Sequence record: NC_055733.1
Reading direction: 5' to 3' (one strand)
DNA length: 64,000 bases
Shown piece after piece: positions 61,329 to 64,000 of the stretch. The notes below the pieces were generated by a model that was given only the letters and a program-made list of their open reading frames with translations, was not told the DNA's origin and did not search any database. The position numbers and the translations under genes were made by a program. Each line of letters opens with the position of its first letter. Position 1 is the stretch's first letter.

Positions 61329-61607
61329 TTAACTCCTTTCGTAGTTTTTCACATTTACCATAGCGTGAACAATGAACGGCACATAACGCGCTTCAATGTC
61401 AAGTCGATTTTCCGTTTTGTTCATCAGTGTGGTGCCGATAAGCTCACACAGAGAGAGAAAAGGCTCGATTTCATCACGAACGAAGTTTCTAAGGTGGAAC
61501 AACTCGTTGCGACTGTTGTTCCAATCAATTTTGTCATTATCTACCAGAACGGATGCTCTATTGATGTAGTATCGAATTTCTGCTGCTGATTTCAGATCTA
61601 CGATCAT
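61329..61607 (-). CDS. Hypothetical protein
   Basis: ATGA-coupled. Confidence 0.6.
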   Translation of the reverse strand: MIVDLKSAAEIRYYINRASVLVDNDKIDWNNSRNELFHLRNFVRDEIEPFLSLCELIGTTLMNKTENRLDIEARYVPFIVHAMVNVKNYERS

Positions 61608-61786
61608 TTTTTCAGAATCTCCAGAACAAGAGGCATGTCATCGATATAGATCGGGAATGTGCTCTTTGTGTCGTGTGTCAGGTGACATACTCGTTTGAAA
61701 ATGTCTAACTTGGATTTCATGGATTCCATTTTCATTCTCTGTTTGTTATCAAACTCATTCCACTGTTCACGCGACATAAGAGACAT
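61604..61786 (-). CDS. Hypothetical protein
   Basis: Coupled ORF. Confidence 0.5.
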   Translation of the reverse strand: MSLMSREQWNEFDNKQRMKMESMKSKLDIFKRVCHLTHDTKSTFPIYIDDMPLVLEILKK

Positions 61787-61833
61787 TTTGTGTAACAGTT
61801 GATAACCAACTTCGTAGGAGATTTGTACGTGTA

Positions 61834-62091
61834 TTATGCTGCCTTTTTGTTTTGACGACGGGTTATAGTGCTCGGCTTGGTGCCAACAAATATCACTTTC
61901 TTGGTACCACGTTTTATACCAGCGAACTTCACTTCCAGATCAGCGGCGATTTGAGCTTTAACAGCTTCGCGGCCTTGTTCTACCCAGCGACCGATGGTGC
62001 GAGGAGAAACTTCCAGTTCACGGGCGACTTGGGCTTTGGTGATGTTTTTACGAACTACAGAAACATAAGCTTGGATTTGTACGTTTTTCAT
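61834..62091 (-). CDS. HTH protein, paralog 3
   Basis: TKAQVARELEVSPRTIGRW...LEVKFAG...KKAA. Confidence 0.78.
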   Translation of the reverse strand: MKNVQIQAYVSVVRKNITKAQVARELEVSPRTIGRWVEQGREAVKAQIAADLEVKFAGIKRGTKKVIFVGTKPSTITRRQNKKAA

Positions 62092-62097
62092 GATGTA

Positions 62098-62176
62098 TTC
62101 CTCAGAGTTTGTTTGTGAATCGCGTCTCGCGTTTCGATGTGGACATAATAACAGAACTGGATTACCGTGCAAGCAC
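62098..62176 (-). promoter_or_regulatory. Early promoter cassette, copy C
   Basis: TTGCAC-16-(TGT)TATTAT; leader nearly identical to copy A. Confidence 0.8.
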
Positions 62177-62187
62177 TTTTTAAACTT

Positions 62188-62457
62188 TTACCAAGAAATT
62201 TTCAAATAATCACCCGTAGTAGATCTGTGATCGTATTCCGTAGTGAATTCAACTTCATATCCGTGTTTGGTAATCTCGTTGACTACTTCCCTACGAATAT
62301 CAGAACTAACGTCATACACATAGACAACACGCTTACCTTGAACAGAAGCTGCCTCGATCTTCTTGCTTGCGTTGCTGATAGCTTCGCGCATACGGAGAGC
62401 GCGATCAAATCTTAAATTTTCTCTTGCTTTAGATGCCGGAATCATAATTTTCTCCAA
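62188..62457 (-). CDS. Hypothetical protein, paralog of 29267-29523
   Basis: IEAASVQGKR...KHGYEV...YLKISW. Confidence 0.65.
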   Translation of the reverse strand: MEKIMIPASKARENLRFDRALRMREAISNASKKIEAASVQGKRVVYVYDVSSDIRREVVNEITKHGYEVEFTTEYDHRSTTGDYLKISW

Positions 62458-62485
62458 AGAGAGGGCCGAAGCCCTCAGTTAGTTT

Positions 62486-62821
62486 TTAGCCTACGCGGAT
62501 GATATCGATACGCAGGATACCGTCGCATACATCAGCACAAACACGGATATCATTTTTGCCAACTCGCAGAGTCATACCAGCTTGTTGACCTTCTATCATG
62601 TCGTTGAACTTGATTTCTTCGTTGTTCAGACACAGATTAGCTTTTTCGGAGAAAGAAAACTCGCCTTTCTTGATAGCTTTCTTTACCAGAGTTTTGACAG
62701 AAGCGCAACCTTTGCCGGTGCGGATTGCAGTCTCACGACCGTTAGCTTCAAAACGTTCACAAGCACTCAGTCCGAAGTAAGTCAGTTTGTAACCAGTTGG
62801 GCCGTACATATTCATAATCAT
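62486..62821 (-). CDS. Hypothetical early protein
   Basis: First gene after early promoter cassette D. Confidence 0.65.
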   Translation of the reverse strand: MIMNMYGPTGYKLTYFGLSACERFEANGRETAIRTGKGCASVKTLVKKAIKKGEFSFSEKANLCLNNEEIKFNDMIEGQQAGMTLRVGKNDIRVCADVCDGILRIDIIRVG

Positions 62822-62886
62822 TTCCTCAGTTGGTGTATCTCGTTTCGATGTGGTCATAATAACAGGACTGGATTTCGATGCAAGCT
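62822..62886 (-). promoter_or_regulatory. Early promoter cassette, copy D
   Basis: TTGCAT-16-(TGT)TATTAT, then CATCGAAACGAGA...CTGAGGA. Confidence 0.75.
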
Positions 62887-62921
62887 TTTTCCAAAAAAAA
62901 TCCACCCGAAGGTGGATTTAG

Positions 62922-63155
62922 TTAGAAGCTACCAAGCTCGTTTGCTCTTTGTTTGATTTGCTCGTCTGTTAAAGTCGAACGACCCTTGATTGTTTCGTCA
63001 TATTGAAAAACGCCGTCGGGTGCAATCAGAACATAATCGCTTGACCCAGTTTCGGGATTTCTAGTCATCGCTAACCCGAGTGGATGTAAAACTTGTTCAT
63101 TGATACGCTTGATAAGCCCCAATGAGGACATATCGTTCCAATCGATCTTTTTCAT
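62922..63155 (-). CDS. Hypothetical protein
   Basis: Coupled to the rnlA stop; followed by a UUCG terminator. Confidence 0.65.
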   Translation of the reverse strand: MKKIDWNDMSSLGLIKRINEQVLHPLGLAMTRNPETGSSDYVLIAPDGVFQYDETIKGRSTLTDEQIKQRANELGSF

Positions 63156-64000
63156 TAGAATCCCTTCGGAATAAAAGTCTTTGGATACTTCTTGATTACT
63201 GCCACGATTTCGTCTGTCATGTTGAAATCTGGACGTTGCGCAAACATCTGCATAGCGATATTGAACCAGTGACGCTCATTTTTAAAATCGTTGTTCATGT
63301 TGATCGCATAATCACGACGCTCCATGCCACGATACTTTTCATAAGCTTTGGTAAGCTTCTTCATCGCATCCACAACAACGCCACGGAAGTGATTATCAAA
63401 GATCTCGATCTTTTGAAGACTGTTTGGATCGTCACGGAACATCTGACGCAAGTCATCGGTGCAATTTTCGGCACAAGCGTAGATCAGTCGCTCGCTGTTG
63501 TTAATACTGTCTTTGGTGTGATGCAGAGCAACGTACCAATCTGTTTTCAGCTTGAACATTTGATAGTCTTCCATAACTACCACAAAGCCTTCGATGCCAG
63601 TCATTTGGTAAACTTCATTGATCCAAGCTTTTCCATCACCGGGAACTTCGAAGAAGTCGGCAGCGTATTTCGCAAACGTCGGATCTTTTTGTAGTTCACC
63701 GAAATCAACATATTCGCCAGTTTCGTTGTGACGAATGTTCAGAATACGGAGCTGGTGTTCGTTGTAGCACAGCACGATCTGATTATTAGGAGCAGTCCAC
63801 TCCATATTCACAGTAAAGCCGTTTTCTGCATACGCAACACAGAAGTCAAGCAGATCCTTATGATCTTCCTTATACAACCAAACGCTGGCATCATTCGCTT
63901 GATTGCTACGAATGGACGCTTTGGATTTCAGCAGGAGATTTTTAGTATCACCGCTGATATCGAGATAGGTAGAGATCAGGGAGCCGTCGCGCTTGTCGAT
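63155..64000 (-). CDS. rnlA: RNA ligase 1 (5' end outside the window)
   Basis: Hand-extended frame IDKRDGSLISTY (KxDGS adenylation motif), TVNMEWTAPNNQIV, IEGFVV, FKLKTDWYVALH. Confidence 0.92.
   Translation of the reverse strand: MDKRDGSLISTYLDISGDTKNLLLKSKASIRSNQANDASVWLYKEDHKDLLDFCVAYAENGFTVNMEWTAPNNQIVLCYNEHQLRILNIRHNETGEYVDFGELQKDPTFAKYAADFFEVPGDGKAWINEVYQMTGIEGFVVVMEDYQMFKLKTDWYVALHHTKDSINNSERLIYACAENCTDDLRQMFRDDPNSLQKIEIFDNHFRGVVVDAMKKLTKAYEKYRGMERRDYAINMNNDFKNERHWFNIAMQMFAQRPDFNMTDEIVAVIKKYPKTFIPKGF

Overview
A 64 kb segment of a large T4-type (Straboviridae) lytic myophage. The gp23 N-terminus (MSKKSLLKKWQPLVESEGMP...) and the gene order resemble Aeh1-like Aeromonas phages; that assignment is from memory, not a database search. 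Positions 1-25.6 kb (+) hold the late virion cluster g9-g10-g11-g12-wac-(extra fibre genes)-g13-g14-g15-g16-g17-g18-g19-g20-g67-g68-g21-g22-g23-g24. The rest is mostly on the - strand: hoc/inh, rnlB, uvsW(+)/uvsY, dda, alt(+), DNA ligase g30, 30.2/30.3, rIII, g31, cd, pseT, a transglycosylase, spanins, a macrodomain, NadM-Nudix, a LemA/TPM-like pair, CCA-adding enzyme and a partial rnlA, interspersed with many small early ORFs. At least seven genes, including essential g12, g13 and g23, are split by single-base deletions, mostly in short homopolymers. I read these as sequencing errors. No tRNA, rRNA, CRISPR array, intron or intein was recognised. The most unusual observations are: (1) an 80-bp structured non-coding element present twice 37 kb apart, once in front of a Zn-ribbon-repeat ORF and once gene-less; (2) a capsid-protein (gp23)-like 56-codon frame directly after the rIII TGA; (3) a dispersed ADP-ribose/NAD toolkit; (4) an adjacent RyR-domain plus SLOG gene pair; (5) a multi-foldon fibritin with extra adhesin genes; (6) duplicated early promoter plus HTH cassettes; (7) promoters whose -10 box sits inside an inverted repeat.
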